The notes under the pieces are model-generated. The model searched no databases. It was not told the DNA's origin and saw only the letters and a list, made by a program, of their open reading frames with translations. From Tubulanus polymorphus (taxonomy: Eukaryota > Animalia > Nemertea), in the NCBI RefSeq assembly GCF_964204645.1, contig NC_134031.1, positions 13,193,807 to 13,257,806 of the forward strand: a stretch of 64,000 bases of DNA, in the 5' to 3' direction. The position numbers and the translations under genes were made by a program. Positions 14,072 to 26,264 of this stretch are shown here, piece by piece. Every line of letters starts with the position of its first letter. Position 1 is the stretch's first letter.

Positions 14072-17000
14072 GTCATGAGTGGTTGAATACTGATGAACAT
14101 CATTCTAAAAAGTTTTTTCAAATCGATCTGAAAATACATAGTAAGAGTGATAATGATGTAGACTGAGATAATCAATCAAATTTGACCATATTCATCAGGG
14201 AACATTGTTGACCCTCTTGTTAATGATTTTAAAAATTATGCAACTTAAATCATTAAGGTTGGCCGATGTCAACGCGATGCCTACCGACGCAACTGAGAGC
14301 AACCGTGTTCGCAGCCCAGCTTATGTCGACAGTGCTCTGATTCGCAGCAACTAAGGCCGACTAGTGGGATACGAGATCCTCCCACTTGCTTCCCTGCTTT
14401 TCTATTAGAAAAGCTTTTTCTTTAAGATCTTTAACTTTCTGATTCTGTTTTGAATACAATGTGCTAGCAACATCATATAAAGATGGCTGCTAACACCATG
14501 ATTCTACCAATTTCGCTTCTAGATCTTCCGTCCAGTCATCTGCCATGCTGAAGGTTAGGTTTACATTTTGAAATACTTGAATTTGAAAGTTGATGACTAA
14601 TTACGAATGACGCTAACTAGAGGTCATAATTTGTACTATGTATACACGGTCTCTTCTTGGCTGGAACCCTTGCGCTCAGTTCCGTCGCGCCGCAGATGAG
14701 CTTATGTCAGTTGCGATCGAAAGCAACTATCGTCTGCCATAGGCCGAAGTAGAACATGGGCAATTAGCCGGATACGGCTTGCGACAAGTCGGTAGGCGTC
14801 GGGTTGCCGTCGCAAGCTGGCTAATGTCGAACCGATAGAGCAGCAACTGGCGGCCTCTCGTAGGCCGCAAATCGGCGATAAACCCAGTTGCGTCGGTAGG
14901 TTTCGCTTGTCGGCATAAGCCGGCCTTAACAGAGCACCGACATAGTTGATAGGATAACCGAATTCTACCTCAAATAAAATGGACGTGCGAGTCTTTGAAT
15001 GTCCTTTAAGCGGTAGTTGCTTTGTTTTTCCTGTCAATACATAAGACATAAAGCAGGTGAATCGTAGGGAGTTTCATCATTAAAGTTAATTTCAAATGAA
15101 ATGATTCCCATAGGCCTTTAAGAACTTACTTACTTGATAATTGGATTTTAAAGGATAAAATAGCTGAGAAGGCAACTAATTCTAATAACTCCGTGTATCA
15201 AATTCTGAATAAACTACAGTTAAGATGTTACAATGTAAATTATGAACCATAGATATAAAATCATCACTCGCCCTCTTTTTGAATCGCATTTAGTACGAGA
15301 TGGCATCTCGCTGTATGCTTAACCAGTGAGAACTAAAAAGCACTGGTCACTGAGTGATACAGCAACCATAACTGACAGGTCGTTGAACAACTTTTCTTTG
15401 TCGCAAAGCTACCTAATAAAATAACTTGATAATAATGTTTCCCATAAGACAGTAAGGGCTTTGCTGCTAATGCCTAAAAAACCGTAAAAAGACGATGACT
15501 TCACATGATGATATCATACTATGCAACTACATAGATAGTAGCACAGGCACTTGAATATGGGCTTTAACCTTTTTAGTGAAAATGACCTTTTTGGTGAAAA
15601 TAATTCATCGGGTCCCCCGCTCATCTTATTTATCATGATACAACAGTTTTACCCATGGACCATGTGCATACTTCATTTATCTACAGAAAGGCCCGAATGC
15701 TTACTCTGTAATACTTAAATCTACCTGCATGTATCGGGATAGCAGACGTCACAGCAACCGTGGCATTTGGTTATTTCCGACAGTGCTTGAATCATGCCTT
15801 GCCATCTGATGGTCCTATTTCAGCGAATTTTAAAAATCAAGTTTGTCACAACCTATTATATCTATAACATTGTCAATGTTTTCATAAAATCATCTACAAT
15901 TGAATTGATGGGCGCTCCTCATATTTCAGGATAAAAAGTTGATACCTCGGACCAAACTATCGTCGACCATGTTCGGCTGTACCGATCTAACCCTTTAACA
16001 ACTTGATAATTGTGTATGCTCGGTATCCCAGCACACTTCAACGGGGCATTTACAGCCGACCGAAGTATTGGTCTCCATGGTCAAGGATGAAAAAGGCCCA
16101 TATTGGAAAATATTCTTTAAAAAAAGATTTTTTGGGTAATAAAAATCAGTAACCACGCACCAAAAACATTAACTTTCTTTAAGACAAAATGTTAACAGTT
16201 TGGGCCACTTATCGAATGAGACGCCATATAAGTTTCGCCGACCACAGTTGCGTTACGACCGAAACCATCTTAAGGAGCACTCCTGACTACGGAGCGCTCC
16301 GCTCCGATAAGACGCGATTTACCCTGATCTCAGAAAAGAAGCAAATGGAAGAAAAGGTCGGAAGACTTTCATCCTTATATGGTATAAGCTTACTATGCAA
16401 AGTTAGCGACCAAAATTTTGTGGTAGCGAATAGGTGAAGCATCACAGAGATAGGAGCATTACCTACCTTTAGCCATTGCTTATGAATGCTTCCCAAGTAA
16501 GTAGGCGCTTCAAAGAGTCAATCAGCAGGAATAAAATATTTTTGAAGGGGTACAAAAGTGCATGGTGATTAAGTAACAATTAATAGACTAAGAAGGAATG
16601 GTTTAATGAGTCCGGTACGCGAAATGTTGATGTAATCAGAGCAACATATTGGAAGTTATCTAACGACTGGAAAAAACCTGTCCCCCAAGCCACCTCAAAA
16701 ACGTCACATTTTAAACAGACACGCCCTGCAGTTTATCTCATATTTTCAGTTGACAAGTAGCTCAAAAGGATACGTTACGCTCTTTATCTTTCAATTACTT
16801 AATCAAGGTTAACGAGTAGAATCGTATCTTCTCAGACGACGTGATTTTATTTCCTGGCTACGTTTCGTTATGTTGTCAACGTGAAATAGAGACTGCGGAT
16901 TTAGCCGGAAGCCGAATTTCATGAGATGATTTCCCGCAAATTTAATCCTGCAAAGAGCGATCGATGGCGATTAAATCATAGAAAAACTATTCAGTTTACC

Positions 17001-17200
17001 GTCCGTTTAAACATCGACGGGAAATAACCAGTATAAAGGCCTAGATGATGATGGATTTTACGCGAATACGATTCAACATGGCTACCTATGCAGATTCTGC
17101 TAGAGAAATCGGCGATGTCCGGAAGAATGATCGGAGATGTCCGGGAAATCGATCGGGTATTTCCGGAATGATCGGGCTTTGTAGGTTGTAATTGAGTAAC
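14072..17200 (-). other. Probable 5' UTR exons of the left gene (~17200-17000, 15814-15725, 14127-14072)
   Basis: Donor CG|GTAAAC after 17000; exon 15814-15725 bounded by ...AAATAG| and CAG|GTAGAT; acceptor TATTTTCAG| at 14127. In-frame TAG upstream of ATG 14071. Splicing is inferred, with no transcript evidence. Confidence 0.5.
14252..14928. mobile_element. GC-rich MITE-like element flanked by TTAA (Harbinger- or Kolobok-like, unclassified)
   Basis: TTAAGGTTGGCCGATGTC at left and GGCATAAGCCGGCCTTAA at right form imperfect TIRs; internal GTCGG/CCGAC repeats; sharp GC/CpG contrast with the flanks. Confidence 0.45.
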
Positions 17201-17330
17201 GACTGTCATTGCTAAATCAGCTGATTGACTGTATGATTGTTTTTAATTGTTGAAAGGTGACGCTTTCTTCGCGTCTTAGGCCTAAAGGTTTGCATTGCTC
17301 TATTTCTTCTTCAAACACTAATAGGCCTAT
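16990..17330. promoter_or_regulatory. Putative bidirectional promoter shared by the left gene and the PQ-loop gene
   Basis: Local CpG-rich stretch; repeated CCGGAA(G)/TTCCGGAA ETS-type sites at 17110-17175; divergent candidate first-exon donors at 17000 (minus) and 17287 (plus, AAG|GTTTGC). Confidence 0.45.
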
Positions 17331-17620
17331 ATAGTTTACCTTGAAGTTCTGTACCATATACAAACTTAACGTTTAATATCGGGGATCAAGGTTCCAGTGC
17401 AGTTGACAGTTGTGGTTTTGACTTTGTATTGTATGTAGTAGCCAATTGGTATTTTAATCTTTATATGTGGTGGGTGGGGATTGCACAGGGGCTCGTATCA
17501 GAGTTGTAGGTAGGTAATGTAAAACGCAGTGGATATTTTAGGGTATGCGGCTGTGAGTATCTATTTCGGCTATTTTACCGTATCGTGGCTGATTTTGGCT
17601 GATTTACATCACATGGTCAA

Positions 17621-19270
17621 CAGGTCGACTTGCATATGTATTTCTACGGGTATCCCGTAAATTTACGTGACATCCGGAAAATCCCGTAAACATACGTGAC
17701 TACCTTCTGACTCAGTCTGACCAATTATATTTAGCCTCTCAAACATTTATGTTACGTTGTTCGTGATTGGATAAGGTTAAAAAAGGCTAGAAACCACTTA
17801 TTCTTTGTTTTTTAATATTGATGTGTTAGTTACTACATAGATGGCGATCGCTGCAACTGTTTGAAGTGACTCGCACAATTATTTTGCCTTGCCTTCCTTC
17901 AGTAAATAGAGCCGTGGTATTTTATCATTGCACGTGGGAAGCTGAATCTTTTCTAGGTTAAAGTAAACTAGTATACAAACGATTTCACCGTGTACAACGA
18001 GATTCCTGCATGGCGTTTGGGAGTAATTATTTTTCAAAGATGACTCCGATGCCCCGTGTACGCTAGTCTCATTCAGAGTGTTAAAAATTATGCTTACAGC
18101 AGGTATGGAAACCTATAAAAACATTCTTTTGGGTGAAGATATCACTGTTGAATATCTAAGAGCAAATTAAATCATCATCGCGACGATGTAGAAAAAGATT
18201 ATTGACTTCAATTCTTACAGCAAGCCTATCTCAGTTTCCAATTTTTTTGTTTTCGATGAACGCCAACGAAATGATTTATTATTTCTTTGTCTTCCAGTAA
18301 TATGAGCTTCAAGGCTCAAGTGTTCAGCAAATGACAGACACCAGGAGTGGGCATAGAAGAAGGAGCAAATCTCACATTAATATCGAAAGTTTTCAAAGAA
18401 TGCTTTTATTACTATAATTTTATCAGCCTTATATCAATAATTTGCACATTTTAAATATAATTGAAATTAATAAATTGGTACGCTACCTTTTTCTTAAGAA
18501 CCATTTCCCATAAACATAGATTGTGGAAGCTGAAACGAACTTTTTAACAGTATGTATAACTAATATAAATTTGTTTTCACCACATTAGATTTATTCAGTA
18601 ATAAAGTGTCATTGATCACTTAGGCCTAAGTGGATTCCGGCACTTAAAATACCATAATAATAATAATAATAATATACATGCTGTTAGTATGTTGAATGAA
18701 ATGCAAAAATAACACTGAAATTTTAAAAAAAAAGAATAAACGATGATCTTTCGATTGACTGGAATGTTTTGTTTTGATTACTTTTTTAGAAATTAATTTT
18801 TGTCTTCTAATCTACTAAATAAACTTTGAATTGTGATGAATACCTAGGTTCTTGATTTTCCATATCTATATAACGGTATTTATGTTTTCAGCCTAAATAT
18901 TCTTAAAATACACCCGAAATCATACATTTGCATTACTAGTTATTTCAGCTAGAAACAGCCCGCATATATTTGGATCCGTCTTGTTCTGCCACCACATGGC
19001 TAGTCAACACTGATTCATTCAAAATCAATTCTTAGACAGTGTTTTATTTAATGAAACTGCAATTAATGAAATAAGGCAGTTAATACAGATTTATAGGAGT
19101 AGGCCTATATTCTACCTGAAATGACAAATTATAAAATCAAAAATATAGATATTATGCACAAGTAAACTTTGTGACAGAAAGCAGCATTAATCTACAGGAA
19201 GTCACCTATATTTACGTGAGTCACGTAAATTTACGGGATACCCGTAGAAATACATATGCAAGTCGACCTG
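17621..19270. mobile_element. Non-autonomous DNA transposon, 51-bp perfect TIRs, 5-bp TSD (hAT5-like)
   Basis: CAGGTCGACTTGCATATG...TTTACGTGAC (17621-17671) is the exact reverse complement of 19220-19270; GTCAA is duplicated at 17616-17620 and 19271-19275; no ORF inside. Confidence 0.88.
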
Positions 19271-19292
19271 GTCAATCAGCACTTTTTACACA

Positions 19293-19487
19293 TTTTTAGC
19301 CCACTTGGGACTTTAGGCCCAGCGGACTTTTGCATTCACTTTTCGTCCGTCATTCAGCCGTCCGTCCGTAGACAGAATCCAGTTATTTTGGGAAGTTTGG
19401 AAGACGCTTCGATGTAATGCCTTGATATTTGGTTTATACATGTACCTATCTACCCTAGACACATCTTCAGTCCAAAAACTGGCCCTG
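19293..19487 (+). mobile_element. HINE terminal fragment
   Basis: TTTTTAGCCCACTTGGGACTTTAGGCCCAGCGG...CCGTCCGTCCGTAGAC, same terminus as 21920. Confidence 0.65.
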
Positions 19488-19612
19488 GTACTTGGACACT
19501 GTTTATTTACTAGGCCTACAGAATTCCAGAAAAATATATCCTTAGAATACATTAATCACGGACAACCAACACCACAGTTTTTCATCAATAAAGTTGTATG
19601 AAACATAATTGA

Positions 19613-19615
<3 letters not shown>

Positions 19616-19669
<54 letters not shown>
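19616..19669. repeat. (TA)n microsatellite
   Basis: Pure TA run next to the 3' end of a LINE. Confidence 0.95.
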
Positions 19670-19673
<4 letters not shown>

Positions 19674-21050
19674 ACTGTTATAACAAAACTTCTAATAGCA
19701 CTTATATTTACAAATTCCACATGTATAAGAGGTAAAAGGTAAAAGGTAATTAATACAATAGATGATCGATGGAATTATAATGTCGTCTTGATGAAACCCG
19801 CATAGCAAAAACGACCTAGGTCTTTAGCTAACTTAGTTGACGTGAGAATCTGAATAAACTGTACATTAGTATTTCGAGTACAATAGTCTGGGAATAGTTT
19901 TGTAAATTTTTCTACAAGGGGGGCCCTTAGAGCTGAATACTTTGGGCACTCCATCACAAAATGTACCTCAGTTTCTACTGTATCACATAGGGAACACTTC
20001 CTGTCTACACGCGGGATGTTAAAATGTCTCCCCCTTTCTATCATTAGTGGGTGGGCACTTAGCCTGAGACGTGTAAGGGCCATTCTATAGTTCCTGTGCA
20101 TGTCGAGTAGTAGGTATGGTTCCATTTGGAATCCTGTTTTTACCAATCTAAACAACTCTAATTTGTTCGAATTTCCTATCAGATGATTCCAGTATATTTT
20201 AAACCTCTCCTGCATTATGTGCCTTAACCTTATTATTGTTGATTTAGAGATGTCAGAGTTTTCTATGTAGGCCCTACAACGATTCATGGCTAATACATGA
20301 GAGTAGAATATATATAAAGTGATTCCATTCTACTTATTTCCATGGCAGTTTCTTAACACTTTCGTAAATTGCATTTACTAAAGTACCATTTGAGCCCTTC
20401 ATATGTTGCCAGAAGTTGATAATTCTAATACAGGCTTCGATGTAAAGCGGGTACTTCCCCATTTCCCCTAAAACTGCCATATTAGTGGCTTTCCTATTTA
20501 CCCCTAAAATGAATTAGGCAGTTATTCAGTGTTATCCCCCGGAAATCATCGGGGTCATTTCTATCTCCCTTCTTGTGTACGATAAGACCGTTCGCCCATT
20601 GTTTTGGAAAAACGCTGCTTGTGTACACTAAGTTGAAGAGCTTCGTAATGGGCCTTAATATTGTTGCTCTACCATATTTGAGTAGCTCGTTTGTTATTCC
20701 ATCCAAACCAGGGGCCTAACTGTTTTTTAGGACGTTAGGCTTGCTTTTACCTCCTCCTCCTTGATAGTAAAGTCAAGGTCAGTGAATATGTTGCTACTGA
20801 GGTCATCCAGGCTGGCGTCGTGAGGGCTAGGAGCTTTGGCCTTATTTAGTTGGATGAAGTGGTCAATGAATGTTTGTGGATTTAAAGAGGTGTGTTTCGA
20901 GGTATTTCCTTCATGACACAGTTCCTTTATAAGTCGCCAATATTCACGTGGAGTGGTGACCGAGGATAGTTTGTGAAGCTTCTGCTGTCTGAAACTAGAT
21001 TGTTTCATTCTAAGAAGATTCTTATATACACATGTCTAATTTATATTCCA
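19670..21050 (-). mobile_element. Decayed non-LTR retrotransposon (RTE-X-like): ORF2 pieces with an internal deletion of most of the RT
   Basis: ORFs 21008-20727, 20706-20494 (DGITNELLK...HKKGDRNDPDDFRGITL, start of RT) and 20287-19775 (RLRLSAHPLMIERGR...CSLC...ETEVHFVMEC, C-terminal Zn finger). Confidence 0.85.
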
Positions 21051-21919
21051 ATTGAATGTAATTTGCTATAGGCAAAACGTTAAGCATGATCCATGAGTCG
21101 CCTGTTTTTGTTCTCTTGACTCTTCTGATGTTTTAATTGATTTTTCATTTGAAATTAGCAGTGGTGACAAACTACTACTATGCCTACTGTATCGAGTGGT
21201 TATCAATTACAGTTACTTCTGATTATATTTACTATGATTACATACTAATTTAATTATTGCTGAGACAAATTTTCAAATAGCTTTTACAAGATCAGTCACT
21301 AGTTATCATCTGCAGGTCGAAGTTACAAGTTCACTGTTACAGCTCTAAAAATCTACTGATTTATAAGGATGCCTGGAAAATGTAGATTTCAGGATTCTTG
21401 GCTTAAGCGTGACGATTATAGCCAATGGATCAGGTGTAAAATATGCCATCGAAGTTTCAGTATTGGTAACATTGGGAGCTTACATTTCTGTATCAAATAT
21501 ATAAGTATTTTGATATAGGCCTAATACATTTAATAGTCCAAGTCAAAATTCAGTTTCTTGTGATCTATTAGGCCTATTGTCAATTTGATCAACGAATATC
21601 GATCATTGAATTGGGGTCAAAAAGGTGCTTGAAAGTCATTGAATGAGACTGGTCATGGAGACTATGAACCCTGCTCTTCCGATATTCAGAAGATGAGCTT
21701 TTATGCACTCACCGTTTAAAGATTGCACCACAAGGCAGAGGGGCTGTAGGTTGTCTCAGATAGCTCAAATGTAAACTTGTTCAGATTGTTTTACATCAAT
21801 GTGACGGAGAGGAAAAATATTTTGGGACCAATGCCAACTTAGAGGAAGATCGCTATGTGCGCAAGCGCCAAAAAGCCATTGTTGTCAATAAAATGAAAAA
21901 CGGGAAATGTGATATTAAA

Positions 21920-24127
21920 TTTTTAGCCCACTTGGGACTTTAGTCCCAGCGGGCTATTGCGTTCACTTTTCATCCATCGTTCGTCCGTCCGTAGACGGAA
22001 TCCAGTTATTTTTGGAAGTTTTGATGACGCTTCAAGGTAATGTCTTGATATTAGGTTTATGCATGTATCTACCCTAGACACATCTTCAGCCCAAAAACTA
22101 GCCCTGTCAGATTCAAAAAAGCCGACTGACAGCCATTGTTGTTCGCCAAAATCAGCACTTTATAGGCTACACATTTTCGAAGTGTTTAAGGGTTCATCAG
22201 CATAAGAAAAATTGGGTCGATCTGACTCAAGATGGCCGTCCTATTACCTTTTTAGTGCCCAAAAATGTCAATTTAGGTCAGAATTCTAGGTCCTGTAGCT
22301 TTCTAGTGGTTTGCCATTTCTCATTGCAATTTGTGATGGGTATTCTTTGGAAAGGGATGTTTTATACCTGAGACAGGTATTTTTGATCAGCCAATTATGA
22401 CGCAATTGGCGGCCATCTTGGTGTCATCAGTACTCATTCGTAGGTGGGAAAAAGTTTTTCCACATTAAATTGATACCTAAGCATATTGTGTTACTATATT
22501 CAATTGGAAAGTTGTAGCCCATAACGTGTTCTATGATTTTGGTGAGTTTCAAGCTCATTGGTTTTTGTATGTGGCCACCAGGGGGCGTTGAATAATACAA
22601 TAACTTAGTATTCCTATATTATATTTGTACCTATGCATATTTTGTTACCACAATCAATTGCAAAGTTGTAGCTCATGACATCTTCCATGATTTTGGTGAG
22701 TTAGGATATAAGTTATTCTATATGGTCGCCAGGGGGCAGGAAAGTAGAATAACTTAGTATTTCCTTATTAGTTTGGTACCTAGGCATATTTTGTTACCAT
22801 GACAGGGTTCGTCGCGGGCAGTGAAAGCACTGAATAGCAGCGAATTGAAAAAAATCTATTCACGGCTGTTAATAGCAGTGAATTTTTTAGAAAGGCAGTG
22901 GAAATGGGAAAGGGGGCAGTGAATTCGCAAATGTGTTCAGTTTTGTCTGAGATTGGCAATTTTAAAATGTCACGAGAAATTTCGTTGAGTTTCGAACAAA
23001 AAAATATACCGACGATGTCTATGTCATGCCGACGGCAATTCAATTTCATTTTATTCATTGGTGTTGTGACCATCGACGTGCCAACCAATTCAATTTTATG
23101 CACGAGTTTTCATTTTTATGGTTGCCATAGCTACCAGGTCCAGACACCTGTTTCACAAAATTGCAAATGGCGGTGGTTTGCGTTCGGATTTTTTAAAAAT
23201 CTCCGGCACGTTACACTGTGGAAAAATGGGAAAATGTACATTTCAAGGTTCGTGGCTTCATCATCCGGTGTACCGTAGCTGGATTGAACGTGTTCCGAAT
23301 TGTATTCATAAGTGTAGATGTAGAATTTGCATGAAATCGAACGAGCTTGGAGCCGGTGGTTTTGGAGCTTTGAAGTCTCACATGAAAAGTACCCTACACC
23401 TATCTGGTTTTTAAGTCTTATAATGAGAAGACAATCAAAAGCAGTTCATGTTTAATAAATGAAGTATTATGCGAATATACCTAGTTGGTGCTATTTGGTT
23501 CTTCAGCGGGTGTTTGATTGTTTTGGCTCTATCTGTAGTCTTTTGGTAACATGTCTTTACTAGGTAGCCAAATGGCAGTGAATTTGTCTTTTCATTGGCA
23601 GTGAATAGCAGTGAATTTTTGTCAGCAGTGACACAATGAACCCTGCATGATTAATTGCAAAGTTGTAGTTCATGACATCGTCTATGATTGCGGTGAGTTT
23701 TTAAGACATTAGTTATTCCATACAGTCACCAGGGGGCGTTGAATAGTGGAATAGCTTAGTATTTCCTTATTAGATTGGTACCTAGGAATATTTTGTTACC
23801 ATGATCAATTGCAAAGTTGTATTTCATGACATGTAATACGATTGTGGTGAGTTTAAAGGTCATTGGGTTTTGCATATGGTCACCAGGGTGCGTTGAATAG
23901 TAGAATAACTTAGTATTTCCATATTAAATTGGTAAAGAGGCATATTTTGTTATCACAATCAATTACAAAATCATAGCTGCTGACATGTTCTATGATTGTG
24001 GTGGGTTTCAAGGTCATTGGTTTTTTTTTATATAGTCACTAGGGGGCGTTATGTATTGAAATTGTTAGATTGTTGAGCATTTGAAACCACTTCCCAAGTG
24101 GGCATGGTGTCCCGGACCCCTAGTTTT
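21920..24127 (+). mobile_element. HINE copy, full length, 5 core repeats, interrupted by a hAT-type element
   Basis: Reverse complement of the 2782-4048 family, both termini present (TTTTTAGCCCACTTGGGAC...CCCTAGTT). Confidence 0.8.
22803..23645 (+). mobile_element. Internally deleted hAT5-like DNA transposon with an N-terminal zinc-finger remnant
   Basis: TIR CAGGGTTC...GAACCCTG; 5-bp TSD CATGA (22798-22802, 23646-23650); GCAGTGAA subterminal repeats; residual peptide MGKCTFQGSWL...CRIC...ALKSHMKSTLH (BED-type C2H2). Confidence 0.8.
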
Positions 24128-25174
24128 TTAACTGATAGGGCCGGGAAGACGCAAAAGTTTTTGGAAATGTGAGTGTTACTTAGTCACCTGCTATGTTTCA
24201 TCTTTCAGATGATACCAAAATTTTTGTTGTCGTTTGAAATTTATTACCTTTTCCAAATTGTGGACAAAGTTTAGACACAAGCGTGCTTAAGCGCAAGTGA
24301 ATCTTTCGCAAATTACAATTGCCAGCTCAAAAATCAGTTTTACTGAAAAAGACGGTCACCGAAAAATGTGAGTGTCTTAATAAAGTATTTTAGCATCCCA
24401 TTTTGTATGTAAAATTACATGTTGCTAGGATTAGAAACAGTTATCCTTTTTTCTCGCAAAAACGAACCCCCGTGACTACATGTGGAGGAATGGTGACCGA
24501 CAATTACATCAGTTTCAGTGCCCATGTTAGCCATTTTTTCACCAAATAAATCTTTTGATAGTGAAGTAACCTTTCAAAACTATACGCCTGGATTTTTCTC
24601 TGCCTCCTGGAAGACATTTTTAGTTCTTCTAGATAGTTAATTTGAGCAAAATTAAGCTTTATTTTCCTCATTAATTCAACGAACAATATGAACTGTATCA
24701 CCATTTACAATGGGTGAGGCCGTTTTAAATTGTGCGCCCACTACCAGACTAATTGCTAATGAAATCGATGGCCCTCCCCAAATAAATTCAAATGGATTTA
24801 TTGAATTATCTTAAGAATAGAAGTTATCTCTACTAACTCATAATTTATATGCAATACATTTTATCAGATGGGCACAGATTTTTCATCTAAAAACTTCACT
24901 GAGGTCTAATATTTTGAGAAAGAAACATGGACTAGTGCATTGGGGACATGACAATATCGAGTAGGCCTATATAGTAATTTTCAATGGATTAGAATTCACC
25001 ATTAGATGTAGCAAATTTCTCTAAATTCTATTCAATTAATTAGTTTATTGCTTAAATAATTAATTTTGGTCAAAGGTCGTGAATAATTGGCTATTTGTCT
25101 GCATTTTTGATAAATCTCTGTCCAGGACATGAAAAACTTGTACTCGTGAAGAATAACCCAGTACTCGAAATAAC

Positions 25175-25868
25175 TTATGTCCCAGTGGGCTTTGGAGTTC
25201 ACTTGTCCCGCCATCCGTAGAGAGAATCCAGCTATGTTGGGAAGTTTAGAAGACACTTCAATGGATTTTCACAGCTTCTGCCCGAAAATAGCCTGATCAG
25301 CTACAAGATGGCCGACTGGCAGCCATTGCTGTCTGACAAAATCAGCACTTGCACATTTTTATGGACTTTTGTTTTAGCATTCCATTTTTGCAATCGTGTA
25401 TGACACTTTCTACCTTCGGTAAAAAATAACTTGCGAAAGAGGCTTCTTTTCAGTTCAGGACTTTCAAAATATTCAACACAGTTTTGTTTTCGCCACCAGG
25501 GGGATTTGAATATTGAATTATACAAAGTTTGCTTATTCATATTGGTACCTATGGATATTTTGTTACCATAATTAATTGCAAAGTAGTAGCTTATGACTTG
25601 TTGTCTGATTTTGTTTGAGTTTAAGGTCATTGGTACACATGGTCACCAGGCTGAATAACATGGTATTTCCATATTGTATTGGTGCCCAGGCATATTTTGT
25701 AACCACAATGAGTTGCAAAATTGTAGCTAGTTCTCTGAGTGTAATAAGTTTTCAGTCATTGCTTTCTTAACATGTTCACCTGGGGCGTAGAATATTGATA
25801 TTTTCTGTTTGTGGAGCATTTCAAACTACTTCCTAAGTACGCATGGTGTTGGACTGGACCCCTAGTTT
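25175..25868 (+). mobile_element. Old diverged HINE copy; further fragments near 28590, 29860-30140 and 31000-31120
   Basis: Recognisable core units (CACCAGGGGG..TTGAATA) and the GGACCCCTAGTT terminus. Confidence 0.55.
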
Positions 25869-26264
25869 ACATTCTACATATTGAAGTATTGCAAAAATGT
25901 CTTCATTGAAAGGGGTTGCCTAATAGAAAAGAGACAAATGTCTCCATGGACTCCATTTCTACCAACTGCGCCCCCTGTACCCTATCTGGATGGGTACCTG
26001 GAAAATTTATGTATGTACCTAGGCGGGCTCGCAGGCTTATTTTTAGGGTGAATATATAGGACCATAGTAGCTTTAGATCTTCCATTATCCTAGGTAAAAA
26101 GAAGGCCTATATACTAGGCTACCTGGGATTGGATGATCTAAGCTTGTATTCACCCCAAGGCCCCAAACTTCAATTACAAGCCCCTGCGGTATGTACCACC
26201 TGCTATTCTTTATTTCAGAATCCGAAGAAGAAATTAGAAATTAAAAGTGGAATTATTACCGACG

